From: an uncultured Muribaculaceae bacterium
GTDB taxonomy: Bacteria; Bacillota_I; Bacilli_A; RF39; UBA660
Assembly (NCBI GenBank): GCA_964408085.1
Contig: CAYOYB010000003.1
Span: forward strand, 18,806-82,805
Length of the DNA stretch: 64,000 nucleotides
Reading direction: 5' to 3'
In this document: piece after piece, positions 18,726 through 29,326 of the stretch
Layout: every line of letters starts with the position of its first letter
Position numbering within the stretch: the first letter of the stretch is position 1
Notes under the pieces: generated by a model
The model's database searches: none
The model's input: only the letters and a program-made list of their open reading frames with translations
What the model was told of the DNA's origin: nothing
Translations under genes and position numbers: made by a program

Positions 18726-20078
18726 CTACTTTCCGACTAATTCTTTAAAACGTGTTCCTTTTTCTTCAAAATTTTTAAATTGATTATAACTAGACGCAGC
18801 TGGTGATAACAAACAAATCATACCTTTTTTTGTTACTTGTTTTGCAATCGAAACAGCCTGTTCTAAATTTTCAGCTTTATATACATTTTTATTAGTTATT
18901 TGGCTACCTATTTTATAACCTGTTTCTGGCATACAGATAAGATTTTCAACATTACAAGTTTTTAAATATTCGACAAATTCTTCATAATGAATACCTCTAT
19001 CCATACCACCAAAAATTAAGGTATTAACAATACCTAAGCTTTCAATAGCGTTTATAGTAGCATTAGGGATTGTTGCGATTGAGTCATTATAATAAGTAAC
19101 ACCATCATAAATTCCTACTGGTTCTAGACGATGTTCTAGTGGAACAAATTCATTAACACTTTTAGCTGTTTCTTTATTACTAAGACCCAAAATATGAGTT
19201 ACAGCAAACACTGCCATAATATTACTTAAATTATGTCTACCTATCAAATTACGATCATCTAAAACATTATATACTGGTTTATTTTTGCAATATATATAAT
19301 TATCATCACAATAGATTGTATTAAAATCATGTTTGCCAGACGAAAAAGTGTATTTAATTAATTGAGCATCACTATGCTTTTCTTTAACTAAATTATCAAG
19401 TGTACTATTATCTTCACAATATATTGCGTAATCAATTCTACTTTGATATTCAAACATTTTCATCTTACATTCATGATAATGTTCTACACTTCCTGTATGA
19501 TCTAAATGGTCTTCAAAAAGATTTAAAATAATACCAATATGTGGGGAAGTTCTAATAAATTCCAATTGGGCAACCGACATTTCAATAACAACTTTAGTTG
19601 AATCTTTTATGTCATCTAAATGATCAAAGACAGGTGTTCCAATATTACCAAGTAGTAAAGCATCAACATTTTGGTCTTTTAAAACTTTATATAGCATTGA
19701 TGCAGTTGTACTTTTACCTTTTGTTCCTGTTACACCAATAATTTGGTCACGAAAACATTCTAAAACAATTTCAATTTGTGATGTTATATTATTCTCAAAA
19801 CGACTTATATCAACATTTTTTAATGAAAGTCCAGGTGTTTTAATAATAACATCATAATCACGTAAATTATCTAAATAACTATAACCAGCAATAACCTTTG
19901 TTAAAATATCGCCTCTTAAAAATTCATTTTCTGCTACTAAATTTTCATTTTGATCTAAAACGAATAACTTAAAATTAGGATTATGCTTTCTAATATAGTT
20001 GAAGGTTGATTTTCCTTCTTTACCAAATCCTAAAATTGCTACTTTTTTTCCAGTTAAAAAATCCATTACTTTATTCAT
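18726..20078 (-). CDS. murD: UDP-N-acetylmuramoylalanine--D-glutamate ligase (MurD-type)
   Basis: Rossmann N-terminus GKKVAILGFGKEGKST and Mur ligase P-loop GVTGTKGKSTTASM. 450 aa. Confidence 0.85.
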   Translation of the reverse strand: MNKVMDFLTGKKVAILGFGKEGKSTFNYIRKHNPNFKLFVLDQNENLVAENEFLRGDILTKVIAGYSYLDNLRDYDVIIKTPGLSLKNVDISRFENNITSQIEIVLECFRDQIIGVTGTKGKSTTASMLYKVLKDQNVDALLLGNIGTPVFDHLDDIKDSTKVVIEMSVAQLEFIRTSPHIGIILNLFEDHLDHTGSVEHYHECKMKMFEYQSRIDYAIYCEDNSTLDNLVKEKHSDAQLIKYTFSSGKHDFNTIYCDDNYIYCKNKPVYNVLDDRNLIGRHNLSNIMAVFAVTHILGLSNKETAKSVNEFVPLEHRLEPVGIYDGVTYYNDSIATIPNATINAIESLGIVNTLIFGGMDRGIHYEEFVEYLKTCNVENLICMPETGYKIGSQITNKNVYKAENLEQAVSIAKQVTKKGMICLLSPAASSYNQFKNFEEKGTRFKELVGK

Positions 20079-21438
20079 GATTAATTTTCTCCTTAACTAA
20101 TCTTGTATATTTTTCGTCTAAATTATTATTTTCATTATAATAGTTTAGAATACTATCATCGACTGGTTTTAACCCATGTTGATTAAAATAGTATTGCAAT
20201 AAACTAGGTAATTCTTTATGTAAATCATTATATTTTTGAATAACTTTATTAATAGAATATAGAACTTCTTCATAAGTACCAACGCATTCAAATGGTTTAT
20301 TAATACTATCACCTATTAATCCTATAAAATCATTTAATAAACTTTCTTTATTAAGTAAATTTTCACCAAAAATTTCTATTAGTTCTTCTTCACTTAAAAA
20401 TGGACTTAGAATTAAATAAACAAATAGACATTTTGAACATTCCAAACACCAATTCCATGAAGCGCCTTTACTACCAAGATTACAACTTTTAAATATTTTA
20501 TGATATTTCTTTAGTTTAGAAAAAATATAAGCGATTTGTAATTCTTTTAGTGGTCTTAATAAACTAAAATATTTAATACTATTACTAAAGTAAGTAGTAG
20601 TATAATTATAAAAATCTGATTCAAATTCAAAACTTTTTGAATATTGATGATTTATATTTTTATCTTTAACATAACTTTCATTTGCGCTTTCTTCATTAGA
20701 TAAAACAATATTTTTTTTACCAGATAAATAAGCTACTAAATATGATATAAAAGCTATAACTGAACTTATTGGAATATGCCCATTTAAAAAGCCTAAATTA
20801 TTTAATTTAATAATTTTATCTCTATCAATAATTCTTTCAATACAATAAATATCATCATCGCTATATCCCGATACTTTTGCGCAATCAATCATTGGTTTTT
20901 TAGCATTCATTAAAAAGCAAGCATTATTACTTTCATTTTCCAATATATTTAAACTTACACAAGAATCCTTACCGCCGCCAACATTAATTAAATTACCGAC
21001 ACTCTCAAAAGTTCTTTTTTGAAAATTGTCTTCCTTAGTTTCAATAACAAAATCGACTAAATCGTCCATTGTAATATCAATATTATTACGATATAAGAAT
21101 TCTCCTAAACCATTATAATATAATTTTTTAAACCAATTAATTTGGTCTTTATTTAAATAACCACATTTAATAATAATTTTTTTTGCGCAAACACTTTTAT
21201 AGTAACTAATTAATTCAATTACTCCAATATGAAAAACTAGATAATTTAAAAAATCCTCATCAATATCAGTTCTTTTAATAATTGATTTAGGTATTATTAT
21301 CTTTGGACTAAAAGTTTCTAAAGATGGAATACTATAGTTATAAATAATTTCTATATTATCAGGATTATCAATAATTTCATAATTGTCATAAATAATACTT
21401 GGATAAGTCTCTCTTAATTCCCAAAATTTTTCATTCAT
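20071..21438 (-). CDS. PP-loop (SGGxDS-type) ATP pyrophosphatase-superfamily protein of unknown function, translationally coupled to murD
   Basis: Central motif NVGGGKDSCVS (PP-loop) and a C-terminal CxxC pair (WCLECSKC). The 3' end overlaps the murD start by 8 nt. Confidence 0.6.
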   Translation of the reverse strand: MNEKFWELRETYPSIIYDNYEIIDNPDNIEIIYNYSIPSLETFSPKIIIPKSIIKRTDIDEDFLNYLVFHIGVIELISYYKSVCAKKIIIKCGYLNKDQINWFKKLYYNGLGEFLYRNNIDITMDDLVDFVIETKEDNFQKRTFESVGNLINVGGGKDSCVSLNILENESNNACFLMNAKKPMIDCAKVSGYSDDDIYCIERIIDRDKIIKLNNLGFLNGHIPISSVIAFISYLVAYLSGKKNIVLSNEESANESYVKDKNINHQYSKSFEFESDFYNYTTTYFSNSIKYFSLLRPLKELQIAYIFSKLKKYHKIFKSCNLGSKGASWNWCLECSKCLFVYLILSPFLSEEELIEIFGENLLNKESLLNDFIGLIGDSINKPFECVGTYEEVLYSINKVIQKYNDLHKELPSLLQYYFNQHGLKPVDDSILNYYNENNNLDEKYTRLVKEKINHE

Positions 21439-21755
21439 ATTATCACCTCATATAATAAAAAATATTCATTAAAGTAAAAATATATGGTAATTTATACCAC
21501 TAATTTAAATTAAAAATAATTAACTTAATTTAAATATAAATTTAATAAAATAATATTATCATTTTTTATTACTAATCATTTTATAAAATATTAATTTTAC
21601 CTTTGTTTTTAATGACAATTTCTATATTTATATTAACATACTTAGTAAAATTTAACAATATTTTTCATTAAATTAATTAACTAGTTAACATTTTAAAAAT
21701 ACTATATTAAATTCATATATTAAACTTTTTTGTTCAAAATATATATGGTGATTAT

Positions 21756-22859
21756 ATGGTAAAAATGAAATTTGATAAACAATTACTTATAATTTTATTT
21801 ATATTAGCTATTATAAGTATTTTAACAATTTATAGTGCTCAAAATATCTTACCTAATTATTTAGATAATCTATATATTAAGCAATTATTATGGTATATTC
21901 TTGGTTTTTTTATTGTTTTTATAATTATGAAAGTTAATTTGAATTGGTTATATGACCATATATGGATTTTTTATATTATTGGTAATATTTCACTTTTACT
22001 TCTTTTAATATTTGGTAAACCAGTTAATGGAGCCAAATGTTGGTTTCAAATTTATGGAATTGGTTCTGTTCAACCTAGTGAATTTATGAAATTAATTTTA
22101 ATTATATTACTTGCTAGAGAAATGGAAACTTTTAATAAAGAAAATAAAAACCCTAGTAATCTAGATGAATTTAAATTTTTAGTAAAAATTTTCTTAATTG
22201 TTTTACTTCCTAGTATTTTAACATTCTTAGAACCAGATACTGGTAATGTTCTAATTTATCTTTTAATTACTTTAATTGTTTTATTAGTAGGTGGTATTAG
22301 GTATCGTTGGTATTTATGTCTATTATTTATTATAGTTGGTGTTGTTTTAGGAATTATAGGTTTATATTTTTTTAATTTGGATTTATTTAGAAAAATATTA
22401 GGTGATGATTTTTTTCTAAGAATTAATCGATTGCTTGATTGGTCAAATAAAGATGGTTACCAATTAGAAAAAGGTTTAGTTTCAATTGGAAGTGGTGGAT
22501 TATTTGGAACAGGTATAAAAAATGTTCCACTTTATTTTCCAGAAGCCCAAACTGATTTTATTTTTGCAGTTTTTGCTAGTAGCTTTGGATTTCTTGGTTC
22601 AATTATTTTAATTATTCTTTTGATTGCTTTCGATATAAAAATTATAAATATTGCGAAAAATACTAAAGAAAAAATTAATAAATATTTTATTGCTGGTGTT
22701 ATAGGAATGTTGATTTTTCAACAATTTCAAAATATTGCCATGACATTTGGATTAATGCCAATTACTGGTATTACTTTACCTTTTATTAGTTATGGTGGTT
22801 CTAGTTTAATTCTTTTTATGATTATGATTGGTATTATTTTAAATATTTCTAAAACATAA
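21756..22859 (+). CDS. SEDS-family peptidoglycan glycosyltransferase (FtsW/RodA/SpoVE)
   Basis: 367 aa, ~10 TM helices. Conserved blocks QPSEFMKL, GSGGLFGTG, FIFAVF...FGF.GS, LPFISYGGSS. Confidence 0.9.
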   Translation: MVKMKFDKQLLIILFILAIISILTIYSAQNILPNYLDNLYIKQLLWYILGFFIVFIIMKVNLNWLYDHIWIFYIIGNISLLLLLIFGKPVNGAKCWFQIYGIGSVQPSEFMKLILIILLAREMETFNKENKNPSNLDEFKFLVKIFLIVLLPSILTFLEPDTGNVLIYLLITLIVLLVGGIRYRWYLCLLFIIVGVVLGIIGLYFFNLDLFRKILGDDFFLRINRLLDWSNKDGYQLEKGLVSIGSGGLFGTGIKNVPLYFPEAQTDFIFAVFASSFGFLGSIILIILLIAFDIKIINIAKNTKEKINKYFIAGVIGMLIFQQFQNIAMTFGLMPITGITLPFISYGGSSLILFMIMIGIILNISKT

Positions 22860-22861
22860 AC

Positions 22862-22895
22862 AAAAAAATTTATCAGTTTGATAAATTTTTTTAAT
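22862..22895. terminator. bidirectional intrinsic terminator between ftsW/rodA (+) and the pilin-like gene (-)
   Basis: Perfect 10-bp stem aaatttatca-gtt-tgataaattt flanked by A-run and T-run. Confidence 0.65.
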
Positions 22896-23295
22896 TATAT
22901 ATTTTATTAGTACAATCTAATCCAACATCATTGTTATGTAATGATGTTTCTATCTTGCTAACAGTATTATTTTGAGGAAATTTAACATAGAAAATTGAAC
23001 TTAAATCAACTGTATTGCCTTTAGAATCAGTGATAGGATCAACTAATTTCCCATCAGAAACTAAAACGTTAAGTTTTATACAATAACTAGTTCCATTAAT
23101 GTCTTTATTTCTATCCTCTAAATACTGTTCAGAAGCTGTAAGCAATAAAGTATTTAAAGCTTGATCTAATTCACCACGCGATTTTTTTATTTGATTAATA
23201 ATAGGTGGGAACGCAATCAAAGCAACAGCTGCTAAAATAACAATAACACCTAATAACTCTGCTAATGTAAAACCATTTTTCTTTATATTTTTCAT
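22891..23295 (-). CDS. type IV prepilin-like protein (class III signal peptide; ComGC/pseudopilin-like)
   Basis: N-terminus MKNIKKNGFTLAELLGVIVILAAVALIAFP is the prepilin cleavage/methylation motif (G|FTLxE plus hydrophobic helix). 134 aa. Confidence 0.75.
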   Translation of the reverse strand: MKNIKKNGFTLAELLGVIVILAAVALIAFPPIINQIKKSRGELDQALNTLLLTASEQYLEDRNKDINGTSYCIKLNVLVSDGKLVDPITDSKGNTVDLSSIFYVKFPQNNTVSKIETSLHNNDVGLDCTNKIYN

Positions 23296-23351
23296 ATTAT
23301 CACCTATAATAAGTATACATTTAAATAAAAAAAAAGTAAAGAAAAAAACAA

Positions 23352-23537
23352 CTATTCTTCTTCAGTTGTTTTTACGACTTCTTTATTTTTGTATGTTCCA
23401 CATTTAGCACATACTCTATGTGGTCTTACTGGTTCTCCACATTTTGGACATTTAACAGTTGCATTTTCTGTAATCTTATAATGTGTACGACGTTTTCTTC
23501 CACGTGTTTTACTTACTTTTCTAAATGGTACAGCCAT
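23352..23537 (-). CDS. rpmF: 50S ribosomal protein L32
   Basis: [21 protein letters not shown]...[18 protein letters not shown] zinc ribbon. 61 aa. Confidence 0.95.
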   Translation of the reverse strand: MAVPFRKVSKTRGRKRRTHYKITENATVKCPKCGEPVRPHRVCAKCGTYKNKEVVKTTEEE

Positions 23538-23552
23538 TTTTACACCTCTTTC

Positions 23553-24035
23553 TTATTTTAACAAATCTTTAAGTTTTGCTAACTCGGGATTAACATTTTC
23601 CAAATCCTCTGTTACTAGTTTCCAGCCATCGCCTTCTATTTTTTCTAAGTTGGCATCTGGGCTGACAACTCTCATGGGAATTTCCATTAATATATTTTCC
23701 CATACAATTGGTAAAATATCAATAGTATTTTCACATTTTTTAATTTTTTTTGAAAATTCGCATGCATCTTCAGAAAATATTTCATCAATATTAAGTTCAA
23801 ATGGATAATCAACAGGTTTTAAAGTAATCGCACATGCTAAAACCATTTTTCCTGTGACATGCAAATTAACATTATAGTCATCTAAACTAGTTTTAGTAAT
23901 ACTTCCATTAACACTAACATCAGTTAAATCTAACATTTCAGCGCTTGCAATATCATCTTTTCTGAATAGCATTTTTTCATCTATTTGTATAGATTTGACA
24001 AGTGAATTTTTTAACTTCGTAATATCTATATTCAT
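23553..24035 (-). CDS. yceD: YceD/DUF177 family protein
   Basis: 160 aa, acidic, with a Cys pair. Conserved position immediately upstream of rpmF. Confidence 0.8.
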   Translation of the reverse strand: MNIDITKLKNSLVKSIQIDEKMLFRKDDIASAEMLDLTDVSVNGSITKTSLDDYNVNLHVTGKMVLACAITLKPVDYPFELNIDEIFSEDACEFSKKIKKCENTIDILPIVWENILMEIPMRVVSPDANLEKIEGDGWKLVTEDLENVNPELAKLKDLLK

Positions 24036-24142
24036 ATTATATCTCCTTTATGCCACATTTATGATTATACGCTAAAAAACAAAATTTCACAAGTTGTAAA
24101 AAAAGTTTAAGTATGCTAATATATGATTGGTAGGTGATTGGA

Positions 24143-25291
24143 ATGGAAATTATTGGTATTATTTGTGAATATAACCCATTTCATAATGGACACTTATATC
24201 ACATTAGACAAATTAAAAAAAAGTTTCCTGATTCAATCATTATTTTAGTTATGAGTGGTAATTTTCTAGAGCGTGGAGAAGTTAGCATCGTAAATAAATG
24301 GGATAAAACAAAAATCGCTTTAAATTATGGTATTAATCTTGTTGTTGAATTACCTTTTCAATTTGCAACACAAGCGGCTGATATTTTTGCTTTTGGCGCA
24401 ATAAAAATATTAGATTCACTTCATGTATCTAAATTAATATTTGGTAGTGAGTGTAATGATATTCATCTTCTAACAAAATTAGCTAATATTCAATTAAAAA
24501 ATGATGAATTTGAAATTAAAGTCAAAGAATATATGGATAAAGGTATTAATTATCCAACAGCTATGTCTAAAGCTTTAAATGATATTGCAGGAAGTACTGT
24601 AAATAGTCCAAATGATATTTTAGGATTAAGTTATATTAAAGAGATTAAAAAACAAAAAAGTAGTATTAAACCAATTACAATTAAACGTACTAGTAATTAT
24701 AAATCTATTGAACTTAATAAAAAAATTGTTAGTGCTTTAAGTATTCGTGAAGCTATAAAAAATAATATTAGTATTGAAAACTTTGTTCCTAAGTATTCAT
24801 TAAAATTTATCAATAAAGATATTGATATGGAAAAATACTTTCCATTATTAAAATATAAAATAATTTCTGAAATAAATTGTTTAAATAGATATCAATCAGT
24901 TGATGAAGGAATTGAAAATCGATTAAAAAAGCAAATTTATTTATGTAATAGTATGGAAGATTTCCTTAAAGCTATAAAGACAAAAAGATATACTTATAAT
25001 AAACTTCAAAGGATGCTTTTACATATATTATGTGGTTTTACTAAAGAAGAAGCTTTAAGATTACAGGATAGCGTTTATATACGTATTCTAGGTTTTGATG
25101 ATATTGGTAAAAAATATTTAAATGAAATAAAAAAAGATATTCCAATACCAGTTGTTAGTAATTATTCAACTAGTAAAGGTCTACTCGATTTAGAATTTAG
25201 GGTAAACGCTATTTACGCTAGTGTATTTGATTATCAGAGACGATGTGAATTAATGGAGTTAGAATCTAGAAGTAAACCTATTATGAAATAA
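24143..25291 (+). CDS. tmcAL: tRNA(Met) cytidine acetate ligase (TmcAL; UPF0348/YlbM nucleotidyltransferase family)
   Basis: GIICEYNPFHNGHLYH (HxGH nucleotidyltransferase motif). 383 aa. ATG at 24143 is preceded by AGGTGA; the ORF-track GTG at 24134 lies inside the SD. Confidence 0.8.
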   Translation: MEIIGIICEYNPFHNGHLYHIRQIKKKFPDSIIILVMSGNFLERGEVSIVNKWDKTKIALNYGINLVVELPFQFATQAADIFAFGAIKILDSLHVSKLIFGSECNDIHLLTKLANIQLKNDEFEIKVKEYMDKGINYPTAMSKALNDIAGSTVNSPNDILGLSYIKEIKKQKSSIKPITIKRTSNYKSIELNKKIVSALSIREAIKNNISIENFVPKYSLKFINKDIDMEKYFPLLKYKIISEINCLNRYQSVDEGIENRLKKQIYLCNSMEDFLKAIKTKRYTYNKLQRMLLHILCGFTKEEALRLQDSVYIRILGFDDIGKKYLNEIKKDIPIPVVSNYSTSKGLLDLEFRVNAIYASVFDYQRRCELMELESRSKPIMK

Positions 25292-25298
25292 TTAACAA

Positions 25299-25328
25299 AA
25301 ATATCTGGCATTTGTCAGATATTTTTAT
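25299..25328 (+). terminator. intrinsic terminator of tmcAL
   Basis: atatctg-gcatttgt-cagatat hairpin followed by TTTTTATTT. Confidence 0.55.
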
Positions 25329-25334
25329 TTAAAA

Positions 25335-25360
25335 ATGTAGAGCAATTTTTGTGTCTACAT
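25335..25360 (-). terminator. intrinsic terminator of the convergent glycosyltransferase gene
   Basis: atgtaga...tctacat hairpin; on the minus strand it is followed by a U-rich run. Confidence 0.4.
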
Positions 25361-25457
25361 TTTCCTTACAATTTTATCTTTAAATAACATTTTTCTGTTT
25401 CATTAATATTTACAAAAGTTCAAGAGTTATCTTTTAATTAAATTGTATAATAGATTA

Positions 25458-26462
25458 TTATTTTTGTACTTCTTGATATACCTCTTTTAATTGTTTTCCA
25501 ATATTTTTCTGATCTCTTTCTATAGCAATTGGATAGGCATTTTTAGCAACACTCTTTAATTTACCACTTAAAAATTTTTTAATTTTTTCCTCAAATTCAT
25601 CTACATTTTTAGCTTTGTAAACATTTTTTCCATCTTCTAACCATCCTTCAAAGATTGGAATATCACGAATGATAGCATTCGTACCACAAGAAATAGCTTC
25701 TATGATAGGAATTCCTTCTGTTTCTTCTAATGTTGGGAATAAATATAAATCACATCCATTTAAAGCTGCTCGAATCATATCTCTTTCTACATAACCAGCA
25801 AATGTTAAATTATCGAGTTTTGTATTTACTGCTTTTCTAACAGGCTTAGTTGCTGCTGCTAGTGGACTATATCCAAACCAAATAAATTTATACTCTGGCA
25901 TTCTTTTTGCTAACTCTACAAAATCAACAATTCCTTTTCTTTCAATATATAAACCAATTCCAATAATTACTTTGTCATCTTTTGTAAACCCATATTTCTT
26001 ACGAAATTCTTCTCCATATTTTTTATTATTTTCAAAAAAATCTAGTTCTACTCCATTAGAAATTGCATAGATTTTTTTATTTTCCAAGCCCTTGTATCCT
26101 TCTAATAATCTTTTAGAATAAGGAGTTGGTGTTACAATAACATCTCCTAATGAATAACATTTGATTAACCACCATTTTATTATTTTGGAAGTTTGTTTTG
26201 CTAAAATGAAGCCATTTTTATAGTCTTCCTCTGTAGAATGAGCATGGTAAACAATCTTCTTTCCCTTTTTCTTAGCACGTTTAGCCATAAAATAGGATTT
26301 AATAAACCATGTATTTATGTGCAAGATATCATAATCTTCTTTAGGATTTAATGTATATTCAATTTTTTCGTCTTCTAATGCCCTCATTTGATGTTGAATA
26401 GCTTTACCTAAGCCACTTTTTCCAATGGTTTTTAATCCTTCTGCATATAATAGTACTTTCAT
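25458..26462 (-). CDS. glycosyltransferase family 4 (GT-B fold; glycolipid/diacylglycerol glycosyltransferase-like)
   Basis: 334 aa. GT4-type C-terminal EETEGIPIIEAISCGTNAII (E-x7-E motif region). Confidence 0.75.
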   Translation of the reverse strand: MKVLLYAEGLKTIGKSGLGKAIQHQMRALEDEKIEYTLNPKEDYDILHINTWFIKSYFMAKRAKKKGKKIVYHAHSTEEDYKNGFILAKQTSKIIKWWLIKCYSLGDVIVTPTPYSKRLLEGYKGLENKKIYAISNGVELDFFENNKKYGEEFRKKYGFTKDDKVIIGIGLYIERKGIVDFVELAKRMPEYKFIWFGYSPLAAATKPVRKAVNTKLDNLTFAGYVERDMIRAALNGCDLYLFPTLEETEGIPIIEAISCGTNAIIRDIPIFEGWLEDGKNVYKAKNVDEFEEKIKKFLSGKLKSVAKNAYPIAIERDQKNIGKQLKEVYQEVQK

Positions 26463-26660
26463 TTAAATACCTCTTTCTTAATTTTTGAATTTTTATCTAA
26501 ATATAAGAATATTGTTATTCAAAAACACCTATAGTTCTTATATTTAGTATATCATAACTTATTTTAAAAAAGAATATTTTATAAAAAAAACTAGATTACT
26601 CTAGTTTATTCAATTATTACTATCATTTATGATTAATTACTTAATATTAGTCTAATTATT

Positions 26661-27965
26661 TTAATTAAATAAATTTTTATAGTTTTCAATTAAATGAGCA
26701 ATACTAGCACAACTCATAAAACATAGAACTGAATTGTGAAAATTTGCTAATTTTGAAACAGTATCTTCAGTTATTATTTCACCGTTTTTTAATTGTTCTA
26801 AAATCATTTCCGAAGTTACGCCAGGATAATCACTAGCACTCTCTCTATTACAATCAATTGGCGTAATATAAGTTTTATCAGCTAAATTTAAAACATCAAT
26901 AAATTCTTGTTTAAAATCTTTAGTTCTAGAATAAGTATTTGGTTTAAAAATAGCGATAAGTTGTTTATCTGGATATTTTTGACGAGCTGACTGTAATGTA
27001 ACTTTAATTTCAGTTGGATGGTGTGCATAATCATCAATGACGATATTATCACCTACTTGTTCTTCAAAAAATCTTCTTTTAGCATTTTTAAAAGTTAATA
27101 GTAAATCATGAATTGTTTGATAATTAATATTTTCTTCGATTGAGATACAAATACTAGCTAAAGTATTTAAAACCATATGGTGACCAAATAATGGTAAATC
27201 AAAATGTCCATAAAATTCATTATGATAATAAACATCAAAATTACTACCACTTTCTGTTAAATTTATATTAGTTGCATATAAGTCATTATCTTTGTTAAAA
27301 CCATAATAAATAATTTCCTTATCAGTTTTAATTTTTCTTATATTTTCATCATCACCACAAGCTATAATTTTTTTTGTCGATTTATTAGCAAATTCACTAA
27401 ATGTAGCTATTATATCATTAATATCACTATAACATTCAGTATGCTCTAATTCAACATTAGTAATAACTGTATATGCTGGATGATAAGCTAAAAAATGACG
27501 ATTATATTCACATGATTCAATAACAAATAATTTATTTTTTAAATCAGCAAAACCTGTTCCATCACCAATAAAATAATTACATCCAATAGTATTTTTTAAA
27601 ATATGACTAATGAGTGATGATGTAGTAGTTTTTCCATGAGTTCCACAAACAGCGATTGTTGTAAACATCTTAGTTATATCACCTAAAATATCATGATATT
27701 TTTTTATTTTTAAACCTAATTCTTGAACACGTTTAATTTCTCTATGGTCAGGCGCAAAAGCTGCTGAATAAGTAACAATTGTATCACTATCTAAAACAGC
27801 ACTGCAATCATTATATATTTTTATACCACGTTTTTGTAATCCTTCTTCTGTAAATTTATAATCTTTAGCATCATCATAACCAATGACATCATTGCCTAAA
27901 TCATATAATATTTGAGCTAGAGTACTCATTCCTGCACCTTTTATACCAATACAATAATATTTCAT
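26661..27965 (-). CDS. murC: UDP-N-acetylmuramate--L-alanine ligase
   Basis: MKYYCIGIKGAGMSTLAQIL... is the MurC N-terminus; Mur ligase P-loop AVCGTHGKTTTSS. The start at 27965 is preceded by AGAGGTG. The ORF-track start at 27992 adds 9 aa. Confidence 0.9.
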   Translation of the reverse strand: MKYYCIGIKGAGMSTLAQILYDLGNDVIGYDDAKDYKFTEEGLQKRGIKIYNDCSAVLDSDTIVTYSAAFAPDHREIKRVQELGLKIKKYHDILGDITKMFTTIAVCGTHGKTTTSSLISHILKNTIGCNYFIGDGTGFADLKNKLFVIESCEYNRHFLAYHPAYTVITNVELEHTECYSDINDIIATFSEFANKSTKKIIACGDDENIRKIKTDKEIIYYGFNKDNDLYATNINLTESGSNFDVYYHNEFYGHFDLPLFGHHMVLNTLASICISIEENINYQTIHDLLLTFKNAKRRFFEEQVGDNIVIDDYAHHPTEIKVTLQSARQKYPDKQLIAIFKPNTYSRTKDFKQEFIDVLNLADKTYITPIDCNRESASDYPGVTSEMILEQLKNGEIITEDTVSKLANFHNSVLCFMSCASIAHLIENYKNLFN

Positions 27966-28054
27966 ACTAACACCTCTATTACCATTATACACTTTTATTA
28001 AAAAAAATCTTATATTAATTGTTAGACTAAAAAATTAATGCTTATTTTTTTTTG

Positions 28055-29191
28055 TTAGTTTTTTTTAGTTTTTATTAATTTATTAAACTCTTCTACTCTT
28101 TCTGACATTGTCATAACAGGAGTTTGTAAAGCTTGTAATTCTGAATCAGTCGTAACACTACATTTAAAGATATCATCAAATATAGCATCACATCTTGAAT
28201 AAGCTGAACTATCAATTCCTATGGTTGAAAATTGTAGACCTAAATCTCCAGTAACACAAATACTTCTTAAATCATGTGCAAAACTGCCATCTATATGATA
28301 ATTATTACCATCACTAAGAATAATTTCACCATCTAAAGTGCATTCGTCTATAGTATCAATAAATTCTGTTGATATTCTTTTTTTATTTTCATGAGTTAAA
28401 TCATCACTTTTTGTCATAACAGAATTATATAAATACAAGCCAGATGCATGAATAGGATTAAATTCAACTACATCAATTCGTCTTTCGCCATCTTTTTCAT
28501 ATTCAAAAACATCAAAACAATAATATTTAGGAAAATTGTTATTTAAACTTTTAATAATACTTTCTACATTATTTAAAATATCAGGTTCAATAGAATGAAG
28601 AATATCTATAGTAAATCGTGAAATATTCATAAGTTGATTATCAACAACAAAACAACGATATTCTCTAGCTCCATATGTATCCCTTATGATATTTACCTTT
28701 TCACTTATAATAAATTCATCATCTAGATGATGCAATAAGGTTCTATAGAAGGCACATTTAGGTTCTTTTAACAAATCAATTGAAATAACATCATGGAAAT
28801 TTTTTTCTTTAGTTTTAAGAAATATTTCATTTCCATAATTATTTTCTATTTTAGAAATTATATCTGGATCTATTAAATCTCTTCCTTTTAATATTTCTAC
28901 TTTTCTATGTGTTTTAACATATTTTGGCCATGACTTAATAATATCAACTTCTTCATTTGTAACAATTATTTCTCCACCATTCTTTATAATTTCATCATTC
29001 ATATCATAAATTTGGTTAGAGCCTGTTCTTGGAAACAATAATTTCCCACTAATATCTACTTTATTTCCATCATAATCAATAAATGTTTTTAGATTAGAAT
29101 CATATAAAATACCATTTTTATTTTTTTTGGCAATAGCCATTTCTTTTTTAGAGTAGTCAAAATTTAATGTATTATCAAAACAATAAAGCAT
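28055..29191 (-). CDS. ATP-grasp-like protein, function unknown
   Basis: C-terminal half YRCFVVDNQLMNISRF...DVVEFNPIHASGLYL resembles the ATP-grasp ExN..G Mg/ATP-binding motif. 378 aa. Confidence 0.4.
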   Translation of the reverse strand: MLYCFDNTLNFDYSKKEMAIAKKNKNGILYDSNLKTFIDYDGNKVDISGKLLFPRTGSNQIYDMNDEIIKNGGEIIVTNEEVDIIKSWPKYVKTHRKVEILKGRDLIDPDIISKIENNYGNEIFLKTKEKNFHDVISIDLLKEPKCAFYRTLLHHLDDEFIISEKVNIIRDTYGAREYRCFVVDNQLMNISRFTIDILHSIEPDILNNVESIIKSLNNNFPKYYCFDVFEYEKDGERRIDVVEFNPIHASGLYLYNSVMTKSDDLTHENKKRISTEFIDTIDECTLDGEIILSDGNNYHIDGSFAHDLRSICVTGDLGLQFSTIGIDSSAYSRCDAIFDDIFKCSVTTDSELQALQTPVMTMSERVEEFNKLIKTKKN

Positions 29192-29326
29192 AATATCGCC
29201 CCCATAATTTTATAACTATATTATATCAAAATATACAAAAATGTAAAATTTTTTAATAATTTATAATTACTAAAAAAATAAAATTTGATTATAATAAAAA
29301 GCCTTTTTTAATTTAGGCTTATAGTA

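Noticed and set aside
20071-21438. Calling the PP-loop protein TilS (tRNA-Ile lysidine synthetase)
   Set aside because: TilS carries the SGGxDS loop at the extreme N-terminus and is usually near hpt/ftsH. Here the loop is central (residue ~155), the protein overlaps murD, and it has a C-terminal CxxC module. This remains unresolved without a profile search.
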